Positions 46,301 to 55,700 of a stretch of DNA of 57,111 nt are shown here, one piece after another (the stretch's first letter is position 1; the number at the start of each line of letters is the position of its first letter). The notes under the pieces were generated by a model, which searched no databases, was not told where the DNA came from, and saw only the letters and a list, made by a program, of their open reading frames with translations. Origin of the DNA: Kiritimatiellia bacterium. GTDB lineage: Bacteria > Verrucomicrobiota > Kiritimatiellia > RFP12 > UBA1067. Made by a program: the position numbers and the translations under genes. The DNA lies in NCBI GenBank assembly GCA_017650345.1, contig JAGCFB010000070.1:1-57111 (forward strand). Direction: 5' to 3'.

Positions 46301-47713
46301 ATGAAGATGCGGAAGACAATTGCGCTCGTCGCGCTGCTCGCCTCCTCCGCCGCGCTCGCGGACGGCGGATGGGCTTCGCGCTCGCTCGGCATCGAGCCGG
46401 AGCGGTTCGCAGGCGGACGCGCCGGACGCCGCGCGCTCGACTGGTATCGCCACGCCGCCGATCCGGCTTGGGGCGGGACGACGGACGCGACGGACCGCTT
46501 CTCGGTTGCGCATCCCGTTGACGGACCCGCCGCCGGACGTCCCCTGCTCGTCGTCCTGCACTGGCGCGGCGCGGGCTGGCCCGGGAAGGGCGTGGACATG
46601 CAGACGGCGCTCGCGGACGAGAAGGGCAGCGTATTCTCCGCGCCGGACGGCTTCTTCATCCTCACGCTCGACGACATCAGGAACTACCACGTCCTCTTCA
46701 ACCGCACCCACGACGACTACTGGTGGGGCGCAACGCCGTCCTACGCCGGCCCCACGCGCGAGGACGTCCCGCGCCTCCTCAACCGCGCCACCCCGTGCGA
46801 GCGCCGCGTCATGGACTGCGTGGAATGGACGATCCGCCGCTATGCCATCGACCGCGCGCGCGTTTACCTCTGCGGAAACTCCATGGGCGGACAGGCCGCG
46901 TACGCGATCGGACTCGCCCACGGCGACGTGTTCGCCGCGATCAACGCGAACGTCCCGGCGACGGTGTGGTATGCGGCGGCCCGGCTCGGCTTCGTGGATG
47001 CCGAAGGACGCGACGAGCTGGACTGGAGCGTCGCCGGACTCGCCGATCCGCCAGTCTGCGTAGAGTGGAGCGGAGTCGATGACGTATGGAGCCGCGAGCG
47101 CGATGTCATCGTGCGGAACCTTGTCCGCCGCAAATGGCCGCACATAATCCTTTGGGGCGACTTCGGACATTGCGGGTCCGTCGAAGCCGCGCGCAGGCGC
47201 AACGACCTGGTCGAGCGCTTCGACTGGCTCTCCGTCCGCCTCGACGAGGCGTACCCCGTCTTCACGTCCGCATCTTGCGACGACAGGCTTCCCTGGCCGT
47301 TCAAGGTGTGGCGGCCGCGCCGCCGCAGCTTCAGCGGCTGGCGTGGCGACATCTACGAAGCGGACATGCAGATTGCCGACGGCGCGCCGACGTCCGGGCA
47401 GGTCAACGCCTTTTTCCGCTGGCGCGTCGTCCGCGACGACGCGGAAGGATTCGGGATGGAACTGCGCATCGCGTCCGCCGACGAACTCGGCACGCGCCAG
47501 TTCACGCCGCCGGAGTCCGCGATTGCGGACGTCACGGTGCGCCGCATACAGACGCCGGAACTGGCGCGCGCGCGCCGCGTCGCGTGGGAGTTCGGCGGAG
47601 CGAGCGGAATCGCCGAGCGCGACGCCCACGGCGCGCTTACCATCCGCGACCTCGGGATCATGCGCAAGCCCCAGATCCTTCGGCTGTGCCCGGCCGCGGC
47701 ATCAACTCCCTGA
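46301..47713 (+). CDS. Secreted alpha/beta-hydrolase-fold esterase/peptidase-like protein
   Basis: Signal peptide MKMRKTIALVALLASSAALA. Nucleophile elbow GNSMGG (VYLCGNSMGGQAAYAIG). The start is only 6 nt after the tRNA 3' end. Confidence 0.65.
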   Translation: MKMRKTIALVALLASSAALADGGWASRSLGIEPERFAGGRAGRRALDWYRHAADPAWGGTTDATDRFSVAHPVDGPAAGRPLLVVLHWRGAGWPGKGVDMQTALADEKGSVFSAPDGFFILTLDDIRNYHVLFNRTHDDYWWGATPSYAGPTREDVPRLLNRATPCERRVMDCVEWTIRRYAIDRARVYLCGNSMGGQAAYAIGLAHGDVFAAINANVPATVWYAAARLGFVDAEGRDELDWSVAGLADPPVCVEWSGVDDVWSRERDVIVRNLVRRKWPHIILWGDFGHCGSVEAARRRNDLVERFDWLSVRLDEAYPVFTSASCDDRLPWPFKVWRPRRRSFSGWRGDIYEADMQIADGAPTSGQVNAFFRWRVVRDDAEGFGMELRIASADELGTRQFTPPESAIADVTVRRIQTPELARARRVAWEFGGASGIAERDAHGALTIRDLGIMRKPQILRLCPAAASTP

Positions 47714-47819
47714 AACCGTAAGATTTCGTTTTTGCCTTGAAATAGGTAGCTCGATTGGAGTTCAGGAACTCCGATCCGAGTGGCTCCCCGCCGCCGCAAG
47801 TGACATTCGGGCGGAAAGA

Positions 47820-47828
47820 TGGTATAAT
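47820..47828 (+). promoter_or_regulatory. Promoter GTGACA-17 nt-TATAAT with extended TG, placed for a (near) leaderless transcript
   Basis: GTGACA lies at 47800-47805 and TGGTATAAT at 47820-47828. ATG 47837 is 8 nt after the -10 hexamer, and there is no SD. Confidence 0.5.
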
Positions 47829-47836
47829 TCTAGTCA

Positions 47837-48646
47837 ATGGAAAACGACAACATTCTGGAAGTACGCGACCTTAAGGTCTGGTTCCCCATCAAGAAGGGCG
47901 TCTTCGGCCGCACCGTCGGCCACGTCAAGGCCGTTGACGGCGTCAGCTTCGACCTGCGTCGCGGCGAGACGCTCGGCGTCGTCGGCGAGTCCGGCTGCGG
48001 AAAATCGACGACGAGCCGCGCGGTCCTCCTCCTCAACAAGCCTTGCGGCGGATCGATAAAGGTCAACGGCGTTGACATAACGAAGCTCAGGCCCGGCAAG
48101 GAGATGATGGAGTACCGCCGCAGGGTGCAGGTCGTGTTCCAGGATCCGCAGGCCTCGCTCAATCCGCGCCACACGATCCAGGAGATCCTCACCGAGGGCA
48201 TGGTGGTCCACGGACTCTGCACGCCCGAGGAGCGCCGCGAGAAGGCGAAGGAGCTGCTGGCGAGCGTCGGAATGCCCGAGAGCGTCCTCGACCGCTATCC
48301 GCACGAGTTCTCCGGCGGACAGCGCCAGCGCATCTGCATCGCGCGCGCGATATCCCTCAAGCCCGAGCTCCTCATCTGCGACGAGGCGGTCTCCGCCCTC
48401 GACCTCTCCATCCGCGCGCAGGTCCTCGACCTCCTCGGCGACCTCAAGAAGAAGCTGGGCCTCAGCTTCCTCTTCATCACGCACGACATCGGCGTCGTCC
48501 AGCACATCGCGGACCGCATCATCGTCATGAACAAGGGGCGCATCGTTGAGTCCGGAACCTGCGACGAGGTGCTGAAGCATCCCAAGGAGGAGTACACGAA
48601 GTACCTCATGGCCGCAGTCCCGAGGATCGGCAAGCCGCTTTCGTAA
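47837..48646 (+). CDS. ABC transporter ATP-binding protein, OppF/DppF (peptide/nickel) type, with no permease or binding protein nearby
   Basis: GETLGVVGESGCGKST (Walker A), VFQDPQASLNPR, LSGGQRQRICIARA (signature) and LLICDEAVSALD (Walker B). Confidence 0.85.
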   Translation: MENDNILEVRDLKVWFPIKKGVFGRTVGHVKAVDGVSFDLRRGETLGVVGESGCGKSTTSRAVLLLNKPCGGSIKVNGVDITKLRPGKEMMEYRRRVQVVFQDPQASLNPRHTIQEILTEGMVVHGLCTPEERREKAKELLASVGMPESVLDRYPHEFSGGQRQRICIARAISLKPELLICDEAVSALDLSIRAQVLDLLGDLKKKLGLSFLFITHDIGVVQHIADRIIVMNKGRIVESGTCDEVLKHPKEEYTKYLMAAVPRIGKPLS

Positions 48647-48662
48647 GGCGAAGGAGAACACG

Positions 48663-49787
48663 ATGGAAGACTGCTGCAACGGACAGGAGCGCGCCCCTGC
48701 GCGCAAGACGAGCTTTTTCGGCGGATGCTTCACCGGCTGCCTGCTGGCGCTGATCATAATGGTCGGACTCCCCGTGGTCATGATGTCCTGCGCCGTCACC
48801 AAGGTGGCCGGCGTGATGGGCGGCGGAATGTCCGCGCTGACGGAAGGCTCCGGCCGCGACGGCGCGGCGTACACCTACGTGTGGCGCTGGGGCAACGGCG
48901 GCGACAAGTGCGCCAAGGTCGCGCGCCTCGCCCTCGAAGGCGTCATCATGAAGGAGACGCCGTCTAAGTCCCTGTTCCTCCTTGAGGAGGACAAGGAGAA
49001 CGAGCTCCTGTCCCAGATCGAGTTCGTGACGGACGACGACGAGATATCCGGAATCTGGATCGACATCGACTCGCCCGGCGGCGAGGTGACGCTGTCGGAC
49101 GACATACGCCACGCGCTGGAGGTCTTCCGCACCTCGCGCAGGGGACGCTTCGTGTTCGCGCGCTTCTGCGGACTCGCCTGCAGCGGCGGCTACTACGTCG
49201 CGACGGCGGCGGACTACATCATGGCCGAGCCGACGACGATCACCGGCTCCATCGGCGTGATCATGCCAGGCTTCAACGCGGCCGGCCTCGCCGAGAAGCT
49301 CGGCATCCGCAGCGTCAACATCGCCTCCTCCGAGAACAAGGCGATCCTCGATCCCCTCGAGCCCGTCAACCCCGAGCACGTCGCGCTTTTGAAGTCCGTG
49401 GTCGATGAGGAGTACGAGCGCTTCCTCTCCCTCGTCTCCGAAAGCCGCAGGATCCCGAAGGACGAGCTGCGCCCCGTCGCGGACGGACGCGTCCTCACCG
49501 CGAGGCAGGCGCTCGCCGCGAAGCTCATCGACGACATCGGCTACGAGGAGGACGCGATGATGGTCGTCGAGAAGCTGGCCGCCGAGGTCGCCCCCGATTC
49601 CGACGGCGTGCGCATCTACAGGCTCAAGGGCGAAGACGGACTCTTCAGGTTCCCCTCCTCGCTGAAGCTCTCCTCCGGCATCCCCGCGATCGCGGACGCC
49701 CTGTCCGCGCTCGGCGTCGCTGGAGGCGACGCGCCCGCCGCGCTCTCGCCGGCGTCGCGTCCGGAGTACCGGCACACTTCGCGCTGA
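48663..49787 (+). CDS. sppA: Signal peptide peptidase SppA (S49, 36K type)
   Basis: N-terminal TM helix. IWIDIDSPGGEV and GLACSGGYYVATAADYIMAEPTTITGSIGV (catalytic Ser region). AAGGAG lies at 48651-48656. Confidence 0.85.
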   Translation: MEDCCNGQERAPARKTSFFGGCFTGCLLALIIMVGLPVVMMSCAVTKVAGVMGGGMSALTEGSGRDGAAYTYVWRWGNGGDKCAKVARLALEGVIMKETPSKSLFLLEEDKENELLSQIEFVTDDDEISGIWIDIDSPGGEVTLSDDIRHALEVFRTSRRGRFVFARFCGLACSGGYYVATAADYIMAEPTTITGSIGVIMPGFNAAGLAEKLGIRSVNIASSENKAILDPLEPVNPEHVALLKSVVDEEYERFLSLVSESRRIPKDELRPVADGRVLTARQALAAKLIDDIGYEEDAMMVVEKLAAEVAPDSDGVRIYRLKGEDGLFRFPSSLKLSSGIPAIADALSALGVAGGDAPAALSPASRPEYRHTSR

Positions 49788-49807
49788 CGGACGGCGCCGA
49801 TTCCGCG

Positions 49808-50701
49808 ATGGGTGGGAAGACAGACGTTTCCGAGCTGATGGCCAAGGTGGGGAGGATCCGGATCCTCACCAACAGGCTCATAGACGACCAGCTCAGCGGC
49901 GACTACCACTCAACCTTCAAGGGGCAGGGCGTCGAGTTCGACGAGGTCCGTCCCTACGAGGCCGGCGACGACGTCCGCTCCATCGACTGGAACGTCACCG
50001 CGCGCACAGGCGTCCCGTTCATCAAGCGATACAGCGAGGAGCGCGAGCTCACCGTCCTCTTCATGGTCGATGTCTCCGGCTCACAGAGCTACGGCAGCTC
50101 AGGACGCACCAAGGCGGACCTCGCGGCCGAGGTCACCGCGCTGCTCGCGCTCACAGCGATCCGCAACCAGGACAAGGTGGGGCTCGTCCTCTTCTCCGAC
50201 CGCATCGTCAAGTACATCCCGCCCAGGAAGGGACGCGACTCCGTCATGCGCCTCGCGCGCGAGGTTCTCGCCGCGAGCGACGGCGCCGAGGGCGGAACGG
50301 ACGTCCCGGGCGCGCTCAAGTTCCTGAACGGCGTCCAGAAGCGCCGCGCCGTCGTGTTCCTCGTCTCGGACTTCCTTGCGCGCGGCGACTGCGAAAGGCT
50401 ACTTCGCGCCGCCGCGCGCCGCCACGATTTCGTCTGCGTCACCGTCGAGGACCCGGCCGAGCGCGAGCTGCCGGACGTCGGACTCGTCGAGCTGGAGGAC
50501 CCCGAGACCGGCGAGCTGGTCCTTGCGGACACCTCGAGCGCGTCCGTCCGCCGCGCCTTCGCGTCCGTCGCCGCCGCCGAGCGCGACGAGCTGCGCAGGT
50601 TCCTCGCGAAGACCGGCATCGACACGCTAGACCTCGCGACGGACCGTCCGTACATCGACGAGGTGAAGGCGCTTTTCAAGAGGAGGGCGAGGAAGAGATG
50701 A
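49808..50701 (+). CDS. DUF58 domain protein (MoxR/Bat-operon associated)
   Basis: GDYHSTFKGQGVEFDEVRPYEAGDDVRSIDWNVTAR...ERELTVLFMVDVSGS is the DUF58 signature. Confidence 0.8.
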   Translation: MGGKTDVSELMAKVGRIRILTNRLIDDQLSGDYHSTFKGQGVEFDEVRPYEAGDDVRSIDWNVTARTGVPFIKRYSEERELTVLFMVDVSGSQSYGSSGRTKADLAAEVTALLALTAIRNQDKVGLVLFSDRIVKYIPPRKGRDSVMRLAREVLAASDGAEGGTDVPGALKFLNGVQKRRAVVFLVSDFLARGDCERLLRAAARRHDFVCVTVEDPAERELPDVGLVELEDPETGELVLADTSSASVRRAFASVAAAERDELRRFLAKTGIDTLDLATDRPYIDEVKALFKRRARKR

Positions 50702-51588
50702 CGGTCGCGGCGATTCTTGCGGCAGCGCTCCTCTCCATGGAGAAGGGCGGCGTGGCGATAGACGTGGAGTCCGAGACGACCGCCATCGACCCCGGACGCA
50801 GCGTGCTGCTCACCGTCTCCGTCCGGCATCCGCGCGCGCGCCCGGTCGAGCCGCCGGACCTCCGTTCGCGAGTGAGGGGATTCTCGCTCGCCGAGGACTT
50901 CGAGGACGAGCCCGTGGAGGGCGCGGACGGGACCGTGACGCGCACGGTCAACTGGAAGCTGGTCCCCGAGCCTTGCGCAAAGACGTACAAGATCGCGCCG
51001 TTCGCCGTCGGCGGGTTCGTGGCGGGTCCGATCTACTTCGATCCGCCCGCCCCGCGCGAGCCCGCGCCCGGCGGGATGGAGGTAGATCCGAGCCGCGACC
51101 TTCCGCCGCTCAGCTGGCGGCTCGTCGGCATGCTAGCCATGTGGCTCGCCGCCGCCGCGGCCATCGCCGCGTCCGTCTGGTTCGCGCTCCGCTACCTCGC
51201 CCGCCGCGTCAAGGAGCACAGGATGAGTCCGATCGAGCGCGCGTGGGCCGAGCTGGACAGGCTCGTCAGGCGCGGACTCCCCGCGCGCGGCAGGTACAAG
51301 GACTTCTACGTCGAGCTCACGATGGTCGTCAGGCGCTACGTCCAGCGCAAGTACGGCGTCCGCGCGCCACACCTCACCACCGAGGAGTTCTTCGCGGAGC
51401 TTGGCGCCGGCGAGCGCACGCGCGACCTCGCCGCGAGCGAGGAGCTGCGCGAGTTCCTGTCCAGCGCGGACATGGTGAAGTTCGCCGGCGTGGAGGCGAC
51501 GCCTGCGATGGCGGACGACGCGACGAAGGCCGCGCGCGGATGCCTCGAGGGCGACGCCAGGCGCGCAGAGGAGGAGCGCGGAAGATGA
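50698..51588 (+). CDS. Membrane protein, DUF4381/BatD-like member of the Bat-type operon
   Basis: One central TM helix (LVGMLAMWLAAAAAIAASVWFAL) is followed by SPIERAWAELDRL...FYVELTMVVRRYVQRKYG...TTEEF, a pattern I associate with DUF4381. It is ATGA-coupled at both ends. Confidence 0.5.
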   Translation: MTVAAILAAALLSMEKGGVAIDVESETTAIDPGRSVLLTVSVRHPRARPVEPPDLRSRVRGFSLAEDFEDEPVEGADGTVTRTVNWKLVPEPCAKTYKIAPFAVGGFVAGPIYFDPPAPREPAPGGMEVDPSRDLPPLSWRLVGMLAMWLAAAAAIAASVWFALRYLARRVKEHRMSPIERAWAELDRLVRRGLPARGRYKDFYVELTMVVRRYVQRKYGVRAPHLTTEEFFAELGAGERTRDLAASEELREFLSSADMVKFAGVEATPAMADDATKAARGCLEGDARRAEEERGR

Positions 51589-52631
51589 GCTTCGCGAATC
51601 CGTGGATGTTCCTTCTCGCGCTTCCGCTCGGCTTCGCCGCGTGGCGGCTCATCCGCCGCGCGCGCCGGTCGGGCGTCCGCTTCTCCGCCGTCTCGCGCCT
51701 TCCCGCCCGCGCGGCAGGCTGGCGCGCGAAGGCCGCGGCCCTCTCGCCGTTCGTCCTCCTCGCCGGACTCGCCGCGCTCGTCGTTGCGTCCGCCCGTCCG
51801 CGCACCCCGCTCGCCCACGAAAGGCGCAGCGTGGACGCGATCGCCATCGCCATGACGGTTGACGTGTCGGGGTCCATGGAGGCGCTCGACCTTACGCCGC
51901 CCGGCGAGAAGTTCTCCCTCGAGACGACGCGCCTCGCCGTCGTGAAGAAGCTGTTCGCGGAATTCGTCGAGAAGCGTCCGGACGACCTGATCGGACTCGT
52001 CACGTTCGGCGGCTACGCATCGACGCGCTCTCCTTTGACGGCCGACCATGCCGCGCTCCTGAACGTCCTCAAGGGCGTGACCATCCCGCCCGTCTCGCTG
52101 GACGAGATGGGACGCCAGATCGCGCCGGACGAGCAGATGACGGCGATTGGCGACGGACTCGCCACGGCGGTCGCGAGGCTGAAGGACGCGAAGCCGAAGT
52201 CGAAGGTGGCGATCCTGCTGTCGGACGGCGTGAGCAACACCGGCGCGGTGGAGCCTGACGCGGCGGCCGAGGCGGCGGCGAAGCTCGGCATAAAGGTGTA
52301 TTCCATAGGCGTCGGGACGAAGGCGCGGCGCACGCCGATATTCGGACGAGACTTCTTCGGACGCACCGTGATACAGTACGCCGACATGACCTTCGACGAG
52401 CGCCAGCTGAAGTCCATCGCCGAGAAGACCGGCGGCAGGTACTTCCCGGTCAACGACCGCGACTCGCTGGAGGAGGCGCTCGAGGAGATCGACAAGCTGG
52501 AGAAGACGGAGCTGGAGGCGGACGCCTGGGACCGCTGGGACGAGCATTTCGCGGCGTTCCTGCTCGCGGGCGCGTTCCTCGTCTTCGCCGCGGTCTCCAT
52601 CTCCATGTCCGCCGCCCGCCGCATCGCCTAG
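51585..52631 (+). CDS. BatA-like von Willebrand factor A domain membrane protein
   Basis: [15 protein letters not shown], a TM helix, the MIDAS-type DVSGSM, a VWA core ([11 protein letters not shown]) and a C-terminal TM helix. The long 5' extension from 50973 in the track is rejected. Confidence 0.8.
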   Translation: MSFANPWMFLLALPLGFAAWRLIRRARRSGVRFSAVSRLPARAAGWRAKAAALSPFVLLAGLAALVVASARPRTPLAHERRSVDAIAIAMTVDVSGSMEALDLTPPGEKFSLETTRLAVVKKLFAEFVEKRPDDLIGLVTFGGYASTRSPLTADHAALLNVLKGVTIPPVSLDEMGRQIAPDEQMTAIGDGLATAVARLKDAKPKSKVAILLSDGVSNTGAVEPDAAAEAAAKLGIKVYSIGVGTKARRTPIFGRDFFGRTVIQYADMTFDERQLKSIAEKTGGRYFPVNDRDSLEEALEEIDKLEKTELEADAWDRWDEHFAAFLLAGAFLVFAAVSISMSAARRIA

Positions 52632-52635
52632 CGCG

Positions 52636-52647
52636 CCCCCCCCCCCC
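52636..52647. repeat. C12 homopolymer tract between the batA-like stop and the next promoter
   Basis: Twelve consecutive C at 52636-52647 by direct count, ending 9 nt upstream of the -35 hexamer. Confidence 0.9.
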
Positions 52648-52656
52648 GGTTGGAGG

Positions 52657-52685
52657 TTGACAATCTGGTTGGCATGCGCTACAAT
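52657..52685 (+). promoter_or_regulatory. Near-consensus sigma70 promoter TTGACA-17 nt-TACAAT
   Basis: TTGACA lies at 52657-52662, followed by a 17-nt spacer and TACAAT at 52680-52685. AAGGAGG lies at 52724-52730 and the ATG at 52735. Confidence 0.7.
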
Positions 52686-52734
52686 AGGGGTGTTCAGGCA
52701 AAGCGAATATAGTCGAACCGGAAAAGGAGGTGCC

Positions 52735-55700
52735 ATGAACTTCTCGGACTTCAGCAGGAAGGCCGCATGGATCGTTTCATGCGTGGCCATGGTTTTCGCC
52801 GCGGCGCCGTCGCGCGGCGCGAGCGTAGTCGATGTGGCGTCTTTCGGCGCTGAGCCGGGCTCCTCCGACTCCGCCGCCACGCGCATCGCGTTCCAGTCCG
52901 CCCTCGACGTCGCCAAGACCAACGGCACCGCCCTGGTCGTCCGCGTCGGACCCGGCACGTACCTCCTCGACCGCACGCTGCACATCTACTCGAACACCAA
53001 GCTCTCGCTCGACGAGAACGCCGTCCTCGTCCGCCGCGACTCCATCGACAAGACCATGCTCATGGGCATGCACCTCGCGTCCGACGGCTCGAAGTGCCTC
53101 AGGGAGGCGTCCTGCTCCCACGGCGGCTACAGCCAGGTCCGCAACGTCACGATCGAGGGCGGCGTGTGGGACGCCGCCGCGTCCGCCGGCGAGAACGTCG
53201 GCATCCTCCACCTCTGCCACGGAAGCAACATCGTCGTTCGTGCAGGAGTCTTCAAGCACGCGACCAACCACGCGATCAACATGAGCGCGACGTGCGACTC
53301 GCTCGTCTCGAGCTGCACGTTCTCGGATCAGGTCCGCTACACTGGTACGGACCCCGACTTCTGGGGCGACATCCCCGTCGGCGACGACTCGCGCTTCCCT
53401 GCGATCGAGACGATCCACCTCGACTCCGCGACCCACGTGGGCGAGACCGGCAACTACCCCGAGGACGGCACGCCGTGCGTCGGCGCCGTCGTGAAGGACT
53501 GCGTCTTCGCGAACGTGTTCGCCGGAGCCGGCAACCACCACGAGTACTCCGCCGCCGCCAGCAGGCCGCGCGGACTGGACGTCACCGGGTGCAGGTTCTC
53601 GGGACTCCTCGGAGCCGCCGTCATGGCGTTCGGCTTCGACGGCGTGAACGTCGCGGACAACCAGTTCTACGCCGGCGCGAGGCTCGTGCAGGGCGACGGA
53701 TCGACCGGCGTGGACATCCTGCGCAACTCGGCGTCCAGCGCCGCAAACCAGGCGATCGCGCTGCGCCGCTGCGAGGGTTCGCGCATCTTCTCCAACGATC
53801 TCGAATACACGAAGGAGCACGCCGTCGCGATCGACGGCGGAAGCGCCAAGGTGGCGGACAACGACATCGACGAGACCGGGCAGTTCGGCATCTACGCCTA
53901 CGGCGGCGCCACGCTCTCGGCGTCCGGCAACACCATCCGCTCCGCCGGCAGCAACGGCATCGCGGCAGAGTCGTCCGTCCTCGTTGCGCAGGACAACCTC
54001 ATCGACGGCGCAAAGGGGGCCGGAATCTACCTTGCGGACGCGCCCGGCTCGTCCGTCACGATCTGCACGGTCGTCGGCCCCGCCTCGCACGGAATCGTGG
54101 CGCAGCGCTCCAACGCCGTGCGCCTGACCGGAAACTCGGTCCAGAACAGCGTCGGGAACGGAATCCTCTTCATGGAGTGCGACCGCGCCGAGGCGTCGGA
54201 CAACTGGGTCCAGGGCTCGGGCGGACACGCCTTCTGCTGCTCGGGCGGATCCGCCACGCTGACGGACAACATCGCGTACGAAACGGAGCAGAACGGAGTG
54301 TACGTCGCAGGCGGAGCCGCAGTGACCGCGACGAGGACGATCGTCAGCGATGCGAAGATGCACGGCATGTGCCTCCTCGGCGCCGGAACGACGGAGATTG
54401 CGGACGGAAGCATCTACTCGGCAGCTAAGTGCGGCGTGTGCATAGTCGAGACCTCGGATGCGAAGGTCTGCGGCATGCAGATCCGCGACCCCGGGGAGAA
54501 CGGCGTCAAGATCGACAAGAGCTCGTCCGTCTCCGTCGCATGCAGCCTTCTTGTCGGAACGTCGGATCACGCGTTCCTGGTGACGGACTCCGAAGGCTGC
54601 ATCTTCGACGGCAACCTGGTGGAGGCCGCCGGAAAGTGCGGACTCTACGCCAAGTCCTCCGCTTCGCAGACGATCGCGCGCAACCGCATCTTGGAGCCTG
54701 ACCAGAACGCCCTCGTCCTCGACGGATGCACCGGCTCCGCGGTTTTGACCAACGAGCTCGTCTCCAGCGGCGCGTACGGAATCGCCGTGTCCGGCGGCGA
54801 CGCGTCGCTCGTCGGCAACGCGATCGTCGATCCGGAGACGTTCGGCGTGTTCGCGAAGGAGGCCGAAGGGCTCCGCATCGTCGGCAACAAGGTCGGCGGA
54901 TCCGGCAGCACGGGCCTCGCCCTGATGTCCTGCACCTCGGCTGAGGTCGCGTACAATGTTGTGACGAACGCCGGCGCGCACGGCATCACCTGCAACGGCG
55001 GATCCGCGACGCTTGCCGGCAACACGGTGTCCGGCACGGCTAAGGACGGCTTCTACGTCGAGAACGGGGCGGAGGTCCGCATCGAGGACAACACACTATA
55101 CGAGCTGGGGCAGCGCGGCATATGCATCAACTCGGCCCGTGCGGACGTCCTGTGGAACATGATGTGGGACGTCGCGACGATGGGCGTGTTGCTCGACACG
55201 GCGGACGGCTCGACGGTCCAGGGCAACCAGATGTCGTCCGTCTCCGGGCCGGGCGTGCAGGTCAGCTCCACGAAGGACGCCGTGATCGCCGAGAACGTCG
55301 TCTCCTCCGACAAGAAGGGAATCTTCGTCAACGGCAAGACGGGTGGAATCCCCGCGTCCGCGACCGTGGTGAGCAACGTCGTGGAGTCCGCCACCGACTA
55401 CGACATCTACTTCGGTCCGGCCTGCGACGCCGGGGAGATGAACTGCAACGTCAGCCTCGGCAAGACGGGCTGCGGCGTCTCGTCGGCTTCGTCCAACTAC
55501 ATCACCGTCGGCAATCCGATTCCGCTCGACTCGTCCGCCACGCTGCTGAAGTGCGGCGGCACGGGCGGCGACGACTGGATCGATCCGGACGGTCCGGCGG
55601 CCCTCGGACAGATCGCCGTCCCGACGCGCGACGGATGCGTCTTCGAGGGATATTGCATGAAGCCATGCGGCGCCGGCGAGATGATCGTCGCGGCGGACGG

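Noticed and set aside
47714-47800. Possible terminator or sRNA in the hydrolase-ABC spacer (GGAGTT-cagg-AACTCC hairpin, about 47753-47768)
   Set aside because: The stem is only 6 bp with no U-tract and no second copy. That is insufficient to call.
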